A stretch of DNA of 35,404 nucleotides from a virus (Duplodnaviria; Caudoviricetes), in the IMG/VR virus record IMGVR_UViG_3300017766_001853, positions 1 through 35,404 of that record; one strand, given 5' to 3'. The notes under the pieces are model-generated. The model worked only from the letters and a program-made list of their open reading frames with translations, searched no databases and was not told the DNA's origin. Position 1 is the stretch's first letter. Each line of letters begins with the position of its first letter. Below are positions 25,425-34,689 of the stretch, piece after piece. A program made the translations under genes and the position numbers.

Positions 25425-26843
25425 ATGACGAAGAGAAACAGGTACAAGAGTCACAAGAAGGCCAGAGGATCGTGGTGGGACTCTGCCGCGCTATGGGAAT
25501 CCGATGACAGCTACGGCGAAACAACCTCGTGGCTGGACAAATGGGACGGCTCCGAGTTCAGGAAGAGCCGTCATCGCATCAATGACGGCTTGGTCAAAGA
25601 AGCAGGTGTCGCCGCAGCCGCAACCGTGCATGCCGCGCTCGACCGTAGAGCTAAGGGCCTGCACATTGAGGGCATTGACTCCTACATCATCGCCACAGCC
25701 AAAGCATGGGGTGGTGAGAAGTTCAGTACCGTGGCGTACGACCGCGCGCTTCGCAAGTACGCAGAACAGTCTGGCAAGGACTGCGGCCTCAAGGGTAAGG
25801 CACTCGAACGGCACACGGACGGATTCGCCGCCAGTGCGGCCCTCGACCTCTTGACGATTGACCAATGGACGGCCTTCGCCAAGTACTACATCCCCGACAG
25901 CTCTAACGGTGCTCCTATGATTGCGTCCGCAATCAAGAAGGTAGCTTCCGATACGATGCAAGCATCGAACGGAACGGGCCACCCGTCCACCGACCGCCGT
26001 ATGAATCAGGCCGTGCCGGACGCGACTAACGCAGACGATGCTTATTACGCAGAATCTGACGAGAAAGACAGGGCTCTATCGGCCAAGACCGGGTTGCGTT
26101 ACGACAAGATCGAGGCAAGGGAGCGCATCGACCTGTCCGGCTTCCGTGCTTCGGCGCAGTATCTAGCCACCGCTCTGGAGGACAGCCGCCGCGAGTACCT
26201 CCTAAGTGAATGGTCTGGTTCTCGCCTTGGTAACGATGCAGCCCTATGGGCCAGCGGGGCGAGCTTCTCGCCCTTCGCCGAGCCTGACATGATGCTGGGC
26301 GGGTTGTGCGATGTTCTGATCTTGGTCGATGCATCGTCCTCTACCATTGACGACGAGAAGACGAATGTGATCTTGTCCACCGTGGCGCACGACTTCGCTG
26401 TTGCGCTTCGCGGGGCCGGACACGGCGCGGCTGTTGTGCCGTGGTCCCACTACAACGGTGGCCTATACAACCGAGAAGGGGCAACGCTCTGGAATGATCC
26501 GATTGACAGCGGCAACTGGCCCGTATGGGGCTGGGGCGGAACTGGCTTGGGTTGTGCAACAAGGGCGGCCCGCATGGCCTTCTCGTTGTGCAGCTCCGGC
26601 AAGAGGCGCAAGATCGCTCTGATCTTGACGGACGGACATACGAATGGCCGTCCTAATGAAGGCGATAGCCGCTCCTATTGGAACTTCGGTTCCGATCTTA
26701 GCGTTCTCTGGGCCGTTGGCCGCTTCGCTAAAGTACCCGACGACTGGAGCGGTCCGAGCCTTCACAGTCTATCGTCTCTGACGATGATGGACGACTTGCT
26801 CGCATCCGATGCGGTCAGGTATCTCTCCGGCCTTAGCCACTGA
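25425..26843 (+). CDS. von Willebrand factor A domain protein, partner of the AAA ATPase
   Basis: MIDAS elements ILVDASSS, GGT and LILTDG in the C-terminal half; directly follows the ATPase. Confidence 0.85.
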   Translation: MTKRNRYKSHKKARGSWWDSAALWESDDSYGETTSWLDKWDGSEFRKSRHRINDGLVKEAGVAAAATVHAALDRRAKGLHIEGIDSYIIATAKAWGGEKFSTVAYDRALRKYAEQSGKDCGLKGKALERHTDGFAASAALDLLTIDQWTAFAKYYIPDSSNGAPMIASAIKKVASDTMQASNGTGHPSTDRRMNQAVPDATNADDAYYAESDEKDRALSAKTGLRYDKIEARERIDLSGFRASAQYLATALEDSRREYLLSEWSGSRLGNDAALWASGASFSPFAEPDMMLGGLCDVLILVDASSSTIDDEKTNVILSTVAHDFAVALRGAGHGAAVVPWSHYNGGLYNREGATLWNDPIDSGNWPVWGWGGTGLGCATRAARMAFSLCSSGKRRKIALILTDGHTNGRPNEGDSRSYWNFGSDLSVLWAVGRFAKVPDDWSGPSLHSLSSLTMMDDLLASDAVRYLSGLSH

Positions 26844-26917
26844 TACACATACAACTACAATCCAACACAACTACGACCCGACTCAACAACACGCCTGGCT
26901 TAGCTGGGCACAAGACA

Positions 26918-27556
26918 ATGAACTACGACAACGATAACGACGACGACGAAAGCGCAGACATGTTCGCCGAATGGCGAGAGCTTGATGCAGAGAGCGCAGA
27001 GGAAGGACAGTACATCTTCTCCGCCGCCGCTCACATCGAGAAGCAGGTCTGGCGAATGTATGACAGCGGGACGCTCGACAACTCGACCGAGATGGACATC
27101 CTAGTGGCCACGATGGTTTCCAGCTTCATGGCCCGCGCTGGCATCAACCCCGATGGGATTGTCGAGGCCCTCATCAACAACACCGATGGGGCGCAGGCCA
27201 GCAGCGTTGTGGTTACTCGGGCCTTGCCCGCTGCGATGTTGGCCGCTGCGGCCTTCTCCACTGCCGCCATGCGCATCGCGCTTGGTGGTGGCGAGATGGC
27301 TGGGCGCGTCCGGCTCCCAAATGAGAAGGCCGATGTATCCACCCGATGCGTCACGACCATCATCCAGATGGCCGCCCGCGCTTGTGCGTCCGTCCGCAAC
27401 AAGACCGATGCAGACCTATCTAAGGGTGTTACCGCTGTCGCACGCCAGTCCGTCAAGAATGAACTATCCGCCAAGGAACTGGAGGCCCTCCAGACCATTG
27501 ACAGCCTTCTGGCCATGTGGGAGCAGGACAAGGGCAACGGTGGCCACCATGGGTAG
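26918..27556 (+). CDS. Hypothetical helical protein
   Basis: 212 aa, acidic N-terminus, codon pattern matching the operon. Confidence 0.7.
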   Translation: MNYDNDNDDDESADMFAEWRELDAESAEEGQYIFSAAAHIEKQVWRMYDSGTLDNSTEMDILVATMVSSFMARAGINPDGIVEALINNTDGAQASSVVVTRALPAAMLAAAAFSTAAMRIALGGGEMAGRVRLPNEKADVSTRCVTTIIQMAARACASVRNKTDADLSKGVTAVARQSVKNELSAKELEALQTIDSLLAMWEQDKGNGGHHG

Positions 27557-27797
27557 GAAACTACACTCCGTGCCATTGCAGGACTCGCAGGTCGTCGTGG
27601 CTGGCTCGGCCACTGAGGCGGCCATGCTCATCGGCGCACGCTCGGCCAAGGCGCACCTCGTCAAAGACCTTCGCGCTGTCGTCTGGGTAGACGATGAACA
27701 GCGAAACGATATGCCAGTTAACGACTGGGCCAGTGCAGTCCTCGGGCAGCCCGTACGGGGTACCGTGGTCGCGCTAGTGGTAGCGGCTGGGCCGTAA
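27549..27797 (+). CDS. DUF3846-like small protein
   Basis: ATG overlaps the upstream stop by 8 nt; VWVDDE...PVNDWASAVLGQPVRGTVV motif. Confidence 0.6.
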   Translation: MGRKLHSVPLQDSQVVVAGSATEAAMLIGARSAKAHLVKDLRAVVWVDDEQRNDMPVNDWASAVLGQPVRGTVVALVVAAGP

Positions 27798-27857
27798 CGC
27801 AAGACAGCGGCAGCGTTAGGAGACAGTACCTGGGCTTTTTATATCGGGGTCGGCCAC

Positions 27858-27886
27858 TTGCAAAAGGGCCGGCCCCGCTCTACAAT
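27858..27886 (+). promoter_or_regulatory. Sigma70-type promoter
   Basis: TTGCAA-17nt-TACAAT in an intergenic gap. Confidence 0.7.
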
Positions 27887-27946
27887 CGAGCACATGCGGC
27901 AGCCACTCCGGCCACCGCGACCACCTCAGACCAGAGGACCTCGACC

Positions 27947-28246
27947 GTGTACCGCCTCAAGTACCAACGCCAAGCCGACCCCAACAGCGCAGCCCATGTA
28001 CTCCTCGTCTGCCACAACCGCACGAGCGGCAACCATCGGGACCAGATCGCCGCCCGCATCCAGCGCGGCTCTGCCTTGGATCAGGCCGTGGCCGACCTAC
28101 TGGCCACCCAGCGTACCAGTCGCCAATACACCGTCTTGGAGACGGCCGCCACGATCCGCGAGCTCGTCAATACAGCCCGATACGAGCTCGGCATCCCCAC
28201 CTACCGCCGCCAGACGCGCCACGGGAAAGGGGCCGTCTCCCTATGA
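27947..28246 (+). CDS. Hypothetical protein
   Basis: AGAGGA 8 nt before GTG; ATGA coupling to the next gene. Confidence 0.65.
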   Translation: MYRLKYQRQADPNSAAHVLLVCHNRTSGNHRDQIAARIQRGSALDQAVADLLATQRTSRQYTVLETAATIRELVNTARYELGIPTYRRQTRHGKGAVSL

Positions 28247-28536
28247 ACACTTACACGAACTGCGTTGTGGTCTGGCCTCGGCACAACCACCAAAGCGGAG
28301 CCGCGCAGCACGTAGTCACCTTCGGAAGCAACTACCCCATGGCCAAGAAGAGCAGGGCCAGATGCGGCCACGATTACGCCTACGACTTCGGCAGCTTGGA
28401 TGGAGCGCAGGCCGCACTGCGGGCGGTCCGCGAGGAACTCGGCCTGCGCCACCAGATCGAACGCTGGACCTTCGCCAAGTTCGGCGGTAAGCGGCTCTGG
28501 ATCGGCCTGCTGGCCCCGTTGGAGGTGAGCCCGTGA
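28243..28536 (+). CDS. Hypothetical protein
   Basis: Start/stop overlaps at both ends; C/G-ending codons. Confidence 0.65.
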   Translation: MNTYTNCVVVWPRHNHQSGAAQHVVTFGSNYPMAKKSRARCGHDYAYDFGSLDGAQAALRAVREELGLRHQIERWTFAKFGGKRLWIGLLAPLEVSP

Positions 28537-28613
28537 AGGCCAAGACCTCAGGACCGACCGCCACGGAGTGGCTATGGCTGGCGTTCTTGCTGGCCCTCGT
28601 CATGGTCGCGTAG
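28533..28613 (+). CDS. 26-aa membrane peptide (absent from ORF track)
   Basis: GGAGGTGA at 28521-28528, GTGA overlap. Translates MKAKTSGPTATEWLWLAFLLALVMVA. Confidence 0.6.
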   Translation: MKAKTSGPTATEWLWLAFLLALVMVA

Positions 28614-28634
28614 ACGCCACTCCTGGCGTAAATC

Positions 28635-28682
28635 GGGGCAGGCCTGCACGTCTAGAGCGTGCTCGCTTGCCTCTTTTCGTTT
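28635..28682 (+). terminator. Probable intrinsic terminator of the accessory operon
   Basis: Outer stem GGGGCAGG/CTTGCCTC with two G-U pairs, inner GCACG/CGTGC, then TTTTCGTTT. Confidence 0.55.
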
Positions 28683-29142
28683 CATGACAGACCACCAAGT
28701 CGGAACCAGTCGTGCTCGACGATATCGCAGGCTTGCAGGCCGGACTGGATCGGTGGCGGATGGAGAGGGGGAAGAGGGACAGGGGGATCGGTGGTGGTTG
28801 ACGGCCTGTTGCCACGAGGGCCGTCCCCGTCGACCAGCTCGCGCTTGGCTCGACTACGGGAAAAAGGCTTGCCTAACAACCCCCAAAAAAATTTCCAGTC
28901 TTTCCCTCTCTATTTCTTTCCTACTATCCTGTTGTGTTCTTTGTTTACGGAATACCACTATCGTGGTATGCGTTCTTTATCTATAGTTGTGTGAGAGTGT
29001 GTGGCTAGTACACTCCCCCTCCAAACTGGGGGACCCTACTGGGGGCTCGGTGTATCTTAGCTCCAACGTACATTCAGCACTACCCTATCCCCCTACACAC
29101 CCCCTCTAAAAGAGGGACCCATCAGGAAAGCTACTCCCCGCC

Positions 29143-29838
29143 ATGGCAGGCGACTCCCCTAACTCCCGCAGGAGCCTGAAGAGCATTGAGGCAGTAGACA
29201 AGCGCGTAGCGCACTCTGAGGCTCTGGGAGGCGCTAGGAAGCGTTCTGCCTCTAGTGATGGCCACAAGGCCACGCATGCGGCTAAGGCTGCTAGGACGAT
29301 GGCTAAGGAGCTAGAGAAGCCTAGCTACGTCCCCATGGAGTTCAAGCTGTCGACACTGCGGCAGTTGATCATCGGGGAGCTGGAGGCTAACGATGGCTTA
29401 AAGGCTAAGGCTGTCGTAGACGCTCTGATTGCTAAGGCTATGGAGGGTGATACGTATTGCCTTAGACTGTTACTGGAGCGGGTGGATGGTCTGATGACTA
29501 AGAATGTGAACCTTACAGGGGCAGTGGCTGTAGGTCAGGTAGTAACTCTTATCGACACTAGGTCTCTGAACGTAGAGTTGCCTATCTCTGTTGGCGATAC
29601 ATCTCTAGAGTTGCGTAGCGTAGGAGTAGAGACTGTAGCTTCTACTTCCTCTACCTCTCTCCTCTCACACTCTCCTCTCTCTAGAGAAGCTAGAGAGAGA
29701 GAGTCAGAAGGTAAAAGCTTTTTCTCTGAAAGCTCTAGGGAGGTGATCAGCAGCTTAGCTGATGATGCTTTAGAGGCAGCTGACTCGGTGCTTGGCAACG
29801 CCCAAGCAGCGAGTGCGGTAGAAGCAGATGAAGAGTAA
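29143..29838 (+). CDS. Terminase small subunit candidate
   Basis: Directly upstream of TerL; AVVDALIAKAMEGDTYCLRLLLERVDG helix pair typical of proteins in this position. Confidence 0.6.
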   Translation: MAGDSPNSRRSLKSIEAVDKRVAHSEALGGARKRSASSDGHKATHAAKAARTMAKELEKPSYVPMEFKLSTLRQLIIGELEANDGLKAKAVVDALIAKAMEGDTYCLRLLLERVDGLMTKNVNLTGAVAVGQVVTLIDTRSLNVELPISVGDTSLELRSVGVETVASTSSTSLLSHSPLSREARERESEGKSFFSESSREVISSLADDALEAADSVLGNAQAASAVEADEE

Positions 29839-29956
29839 CTAGGACCTAGACAGTGTCAGGGAGACTCACCCTCCCCTTCGGTTCCCTCTCAACGAGGCGA
29901 ATCGTACACTCCTAAAAATACCCTGTCAATAGACGAACTAGGAAAAACTTAGAGAC

Positions 29957-31417
29957 ATGCACCAAGGGGCAGTAGGTAAGCAGCAGGTAGAGGTAAGGGG
30001 CGCACCGGCCACGTTGTGGGACAAGGTGCAGAAGCCTGGCCTGGAGAAGGTAACTGAGGCGGTGATTGCTGGTCCTGGCGGCACTGGCAAGAGCCGGGGC
30101 ATTGCCCACTTTCTGTGGTGGGTGTTGAACACATACCCCTACTCCCGGATCCTGGTGATCAGAAAGACCCGGGTGTCGCTGTCGGAGGCGTTCCTGAAGA
30201 CATGGGAGCAGGACGTGATCCCTCCTGGGTCGGAGGTGCTGAACGGACCACTGCGTGCCCACCGTCAAAGCTACCGCCTGGAGAACGAGAGCGAGCTGGC
30301 AGTAGGGGGCTTAGACAACCCTACCCGCCTGTACTCCACAGACTGGGACATCATCTACGTCCAGGAGTGTACGGAGCTGACCGAAGACGAGTGGGAGCGG
30401 CTACGCCGTGGTCTTCGTAACTGGAAGCTTCCGGTGCAGATGCTCCTGGGCGACTGCAACCCTGAGAGCGAGCGGCACTGGCTGTACCGGCGGTTCCTGG
30501 ATGGTAGGACCCAGCGCCTGGACTCCAAGCATGCCGACAACCCCAAGTGGTTCTCTGCGGAGAAGAACGCCTGGACCCCGGAGGGGGTTGCCTATATCAA
30601 CAACCTGGCAAGGCTGACCGGGGTACGCAAGCGCCGACTCCTGTACGGGGAGTGGGTGTCAGCAGAGGGGGCCGTCTGGGAGGAATGGGACGAGGCCCGG
30701 AACGTGATCGACAGACCAGCTGGTGACCTGAAGATGGTCCTGTCTACCCTGGATGTGAGATGGACCTTCGCCAGCATGGACTGGGGGTACACAGCCGCCG
30801 GTGTCATGCAGGTATGGGGCGTAGACGGGGAGCGCCGGATGTACCTGCTGAAGGAAGTGTACATGGGTGGCCAGCAGCTGGAGTGGTGGGCCGACAAGGT
30901 GGTGAAAGCCTATGTCGACTACCAACTACAGGCGGTCGTGGCCGACCCGTCCAGGCCTGATGCCATCAAGCTGGTGAACGACAAGCTGAACGATGCCGGG
31001 GCACCCAGGCTGGTGCGAGCGGCCAACAACCGCCGAACTACAGTAGGCGGCGACATGGGTGGTCTGGACATGGTGCGCCAGTACCTGCGGATCCTGCCAG
31101 GCGGCAAGCCGGGGCTGATGATCCTGCGGGACAGCCTAGAGCAAAGAGACGCCAACCTACACGAGAAGGGACTTCCGTGCTGTACTGTGGAGGAGGTACC
31201 AAGCTATGTGTATGCACAGAGCGAGCATGGCAAGCTCGACACAGAGCGAACAGATCCCAACTGCGCTGACCACGGATGCGACTCCATGCGTTACGCCGTG
31301 TCATTCATTCACCGCAGAGACCTTACCCCGGAGAAGGAACCTGGCCGCAATCCTCAAATTACTTGGGGGCAAGTTCTTGGACATGACGAAGTTTGGGATA
31401 AGATCAGAGACGCCTAG
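29957..31417 (+). CDS. terL: Terminase large subunit (PBSX/SPP1-like)
   Basis: Walker A GPGGTGKS, RKT..SL, Walker B IIYVQE, DCNP, DNP, GEW; nuclease motifs MDWGY, ADPSRPD, DHGCDSMRY. Confidence 0.93.
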   Translation: MHQGAVGKQQVEVRGAPATLWDKVQKPGLEKVTEAVIAGPGGTGKSRGIAHFLWWVLNTYPYSRILVIRKTRVSLSEAFLKTWEQDVIPPGSEVLNGPLRAHRQSYRLENESELAVGGLDNPTRLYSTDWDIIYVQECTELTEDEWERLRRGLRNWKLPVQMLLGDCNPESERHWLYRRFLDGRTQRLDSKHADNPKWFSAEKNAWTPEGVAYINNLARLTGVRKRRLLYGEWVSAEGAVWEEWDEARNVIDRPAGDLKMVLSTLDVRWTFASMDWGYTAAGVMQVWGVDGERRMYLLKEVYMGGQQLEWWADKVVKAYVDYQLQAVVADPSRPDAIKLVNDKLNDAGAPRLVRAANNRRTTVGGDMGGLDMVRQYLRILPGGKPGLMILRDSLEQRDANLHEKGLPCCTVEEVPSYVYAQSEHGKLDTERTDPNCADHGCDSMRYAVSFIHRRDLTPEKEPGRNPQITWGQVLGHDEVWDKIRDA

Positions 31418-31434
31418 CACTGACATCACGACAT

Positions 31435-33321
31435 ATGATCAACACAGACGCGGCTAACCTATATAGCGAGATCCAGTCGGCAGAGAAGTTCCGCGACGAA
31501 CACCTGCGCAGCTACGAGCGCCGCAAGAAGCGCTACGTTGGACCCAGCTTCCTGGGTGACGACACGGACGGGTTTGAGCCCGAGAACCACGAGTTCGAGT
31601 ATGTGTCGCTGCTGCTGCCGAAGACCATCTTCGACAACCCTCGTGTGCGCGTGCAGGCCTACCGCCCAGGCCCCATCCAGGACATCGCCACCGGCATCCA
31701 GGCTGGCATGAACCGTTGGATCCGTGACAGCCACTTGCGCCGAGTACTGGTGCGCATTGGCTTGGACAACTTCTTGTGCTGGGGCATGGCCGTTGTACAC
31801 ATGGAGCCCGATAAGGATCGCCTGCCCCCTGCGTGGGCCCAGGTGGCTTTGCCGTACCGCCCCGTTGTGGAGCGCCTGTCGCCCAAGCGGGTGTTCTGGG
31901 ATCCGCATGCCTTGGACATCGCCGAGGCGCGGTTCATCGGACACGTCTGGGTCCGAGACAAAGAGGACCTAGAGAAGATCGCCAAGGAACACCCCGAGGA
32001 CGGGTGGGACCTGGAAGCCATTAAGAACTTGGCTGAAGACGCCGGAACAGATAAGCTAGAGCGCGATAACAAATATGGAACTCCTTCGCGCAAAGAAGTT
32101 GTCTGCTACGAGGTCTACATTCCTGGCCACCAGATTAAAGGTGAGCCCGGCCCCGACGAAGGATTCAACGGAGCTATCTTCACTATCGCCGTTGGACAAG
32201 CCACAAGCGGGTCGATGGAAGGCAAAAAGGGCGTGTACATCCGCAAGCCGCGCATGTACTACGGCCCGGTAGAGGGTCCGTATGTGCTGTTCGGCACCTA
32301 CCCGGTGCCCGACTCTACGGTTCCGCTGTCCAGCACCGTAGCCATCCAGGCCCAGGTCGAGACGCTGAACATGCACGCCAAGGCGGTCATGAAGGCGGCC
32401 ACACAGCGCAAGCGCATTGCGTTTGTTTCGCGTGCGGAGCCCGATCTACAGAAGAAGGTCAAGCGCTCGGAGGACGGCGACGTTGTGCCGGTCAACACCG
32501 AAGAGCTGAACAATAACCTGAAGGAAGTCGAACTCGGCGGTGTGACGCCTGCTGCGCTGAATGCGTTGCAGATCGAGCGCGAGCGCCGTGACCGTATCTC
32601 GGGTATGTCGGATGCCATGCGTGGCAATGTGGCTGGATCGGGTACAGCTACGGAGAATGCAATCGCCGCGGAAGCCAGCACTGCACGCATGGCGTTTATC
32701 AAGCAGCAGTTCACGGACTCGGTAACCGAGCTGCTGCGTAAGGTCGCCTGGTACATGTACCACGATGACCGCATCGTCTTCCCTGTCGGAGACGAAATGG
32801 CTGCGATCCTTGGCACCAGCCAGCAAGAGATCTACGAGGAGCGTGGCGAGCCTTGGTATCAGGGAGGTGTCCCCGAGGACATGACCGGGTACAGCTTCCG
32901 TGACCTCGACCTCGACATCGAGCCGTACTCCATGGAGCGTGTCAGCGAGCAGCAGATGCAGTCTCGCATGATGCAGGTGGTCCAGATCGTCACACAGATC
33001 ATCCCCCAGGCAATCTCTTCGCCTGTGGACCTGCAAGCACTGCTCAATGTCATTGGCAACATGACCAACACGCCAGACCTGGCCCGTGTTGTGGACATCC
33101 AGGTGGCCCGGCAGATGCAACAGCAGATGCTCCAGGGCGCCCAGGTCAAGCAATCCAGCGCACCGGCCCAGACTGCGTCCGACGTTGGCGCGAAAAAACG
33201 CCCTGGCGTAGTGCAGCCCGGCGGATCTCCGCCTAAGTCAACGACTGTTCCGACGGCGGGGCAGCCCCAGATGAACGTACCGCAGCAAATGGGCATGCAG
33301 CCCAACCCGATGCCGCAATGA
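31435..33321 (+). CDS. Portal protein
   Basis: 628 aa directly after TerL; ISGMSDAMRG...GTATE motif and Q/P/M-rich C-terminal tail as in P22-like portals. Confidence 0.85.
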   Translation: MINTDAANLYSEIQSAEKFRDEHLRSYERRKKRYVGPSFLGDDTDGFEPENHEFEYVSLLLPKTIFDNPRVRVQAYRPGPIQDIATGIQAGMNRWIRDSHLRRVLVRIGLDNFLCWGMAVVHMEPDKDRLPPAWAQVALPYRPVVERLSPKRVFWDPHALDIAEARFIGHVWVRDKEDLEKIAKEHPEDGWDLEAIKNLAEDAGTDKLERDNKYGTPSRKEVVCYEVYIPGHQIKGEPGPDEGFNGAIFTIAVGQATSGSMEGKKGVYIRKPRMYYGPVEGPYVLFGTYPVPDSTVPLSSTVAIQAQVETLNMHAKAVMKAATQRKRIAFVSRAEPDLQKKVKRSEDGDVVPVNTEELNNNLKEVELGGVTPAALNALQIERERRDRISGMSDAMRGNVAGSGTATENAIAAEASTARMAFIKQQFTDSVTELLRKVAWYMYHDDRIVFPVGDEMAAILGTSQQEIYEERGEPWYQGGVPEDMTGYSFRDLDLDIEPYSMERVSEQQMQSRMMQVVQIVTQIIPQAISSPVDLQALLNVIGNMTNTPDLARVVDIQVARQMQQQMLQGAQVKQSSAPAQTASDVGAKKRPGVVQPGGSPPKSTTVPTAGQPQMNVPQQMGMQPNPMPQ

Positions 33322-33626
33322 TCTACTTGTTTGAAGACGCAGACACCGGCGATGTGGTCGAAATCGACTACAAGATCGGCAAAGCACCCAAGATTGGCGC
33401 AAAAGTACGCCGTTTTGGTCGAAATCTAGTGCGAATCCCGGTAGCTCCGCAGGCAAAAGTGGCCCCAACGGCCAAGTTTGTCAGCAATTCGCTGCCGAGA
33501 TGGTGGCCACACGCCACTGACCATGAGCCTGGCACTGGAAAGCCTAGGTTCAACAGCATTCACGAAGTCCGTGAGTCGGTGTCCAAGAGTAAAGACACCA
33601 AAATGGACCAAGTCATCTACGATTGA
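33318..33626 (+). CDS. Small head-module protein (Cys-less FmdB-like N-terminus)
   Basis: ATGA overlap; MIYLFEDADTGDVVEI start; position between portal and scaffold. Confidence 0.55.
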   Translation: MIYLFEDADTGDVVEIDYKIGKAPKIGAKVRRFGRNLVRIPVAPQAKVAPTAKFVSNSLPRWWPHATDHEPGTGKPRFNSIHEVRESVSKSKDTKMDQVIYD

Positions 33627-33648
33627 TGTGGTATAAGGGCAAAAACAA

Positions 33649-34662
33649 ATGACTGAGCAGATTGGCGAGAGCGAAAATCAAGTAGTAGAGACGCAAGAGC
33701 AGTCGCCCAAGCTGGAAAGCGTGCTAGACACCTCCAGTGAGGTCATGACTGAAGCGGAAAAGTCGTTCCTAGACAAGAACGTTCCGCTAGACGATACACA
33801 ATCGACGAGCAGTTCGCAGCAACAGGACTCCGCAAGCGGAAGTCCCAAGGGCTACGACAAGGCCGTTAAGGCCCTAAAGCTCGACGGTTGGGATGACGAC
33901 GACCTGGCCGCCCTTAGCCCCGAGCGAGTGATCGCCCTGGGCAAAAAGGCTACAGAGCGTCATTCAGCCTTCGGCAAAAAGCTACAGGAAGCTGCTGGCA
34001 AGAAAGCCGAAGTCCCCGACGGTGATGAGTCTGAAGAATCTGAGAACGAAACAGCTACGCCTGTAGCGGAAAGCGACGATGCTGAGGAGCCTGGTTCAGC
34101 GGAACCCTCGGGCCAACCTCGCAGCAAAGACGGTCGCTTTGCTATCGACTACAAGGCCATTGCCAAGCCCGTCTCGGACGCTATTGGACTCGGATCAGAG
34201 GTCGAGGAAGCCCTGGCTGCCGCCCTTGAGTCCGCTCTTGCGCCGCTACAACAAAAGCTGGAGTCGTACGATCAGTACCAAGCAGCAATTGTTGAGCAGC
34301 GTGGTGAGGAGATTGGGCAGTCAATCAGGGAGAAGCTCTCGGATCGTTTCCCTGGGCTTCAAGACGAGGAGAAGTTTGAGCGTGTAGTTGGCCGCATGGG
34401 CTTGCTCGCCAAAGCTGACCCCAACTATCAAAGCATGGAGCAACTTATGCTCGATGCCTCCAAGTTGGAGCTTTTTGACGACAACACAGAGATCAACGCA
34501 CGCAAGACCACCCAAGTCAAACGGGCGCAAGGTCAAATCACAACGACCTCCCGCAAAACGCCTACGCCGTCCATGAGTGTGGAAGACAAAGAGGACGCAG
34601 TCCTCGACGCCCTCATGTCTGGCAAGAGCCGTGATGCCGCCCGTCGAGTCTATTTCGGTTAA
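33649..34662 (+). CDS. Capsid scaffolding protein
   Basis: Acidic, low-complexity, helical; PRSKDGRFA motif; directly precedes the capsid gene. Confidence 0.72.
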   Translation: MTEQIGESENQVVETQEQSPKLESVLDTSSEVMTEAEKSFLDKNVPLDDTQSTSSSQQQDSASGSPKGYDKAVKALKLDGWDDDDLAALSPERVIALGKKATERHSAFGKKLQEAAGKKAEVPDGDESEESENETATPVAESDDAEEPGSAEPSGQPRSKDGRFAIDYKAIAKPVSDAIGLGSEVEEALAAALESALAPLQQKLESYDQYQAAIVEQRGEEIGQSIREKLSDRFPGLQDEEKFERVVGRMGLLAKADPNYQSMEQLMLDASKLELFDDNTEINARKTTQVKRAQGQITTTSRKTPTPSMSVEDKEDAVLDALMSGKSRDAARRVYFG

Positions 34663-34689
34663 CTAACACACACAAAAAGGCATTGAACC

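Noticed and set aside
24339-26843. Cobalamin synthesis (cobS/cobT) as a metabolic function
   Set aside because: Motifs support only the generic MoxR-vWA families; no cobN or other cobalamin genes are present.
27858-28490. 210-aa Pro/Arg-rich ORF, with an ATG 7 nt after the promoter -10
   Set aside because: Overlaps two coupled ORFs with better codon pattern and an SD; composition is typical of an off-frame reading.
28659-28994. ORFs of 100-111 aa in the pre-terminase region
   Set aside because: They translate homopurine and homopyrimidine tracts; no SD or phage-like codon bias.
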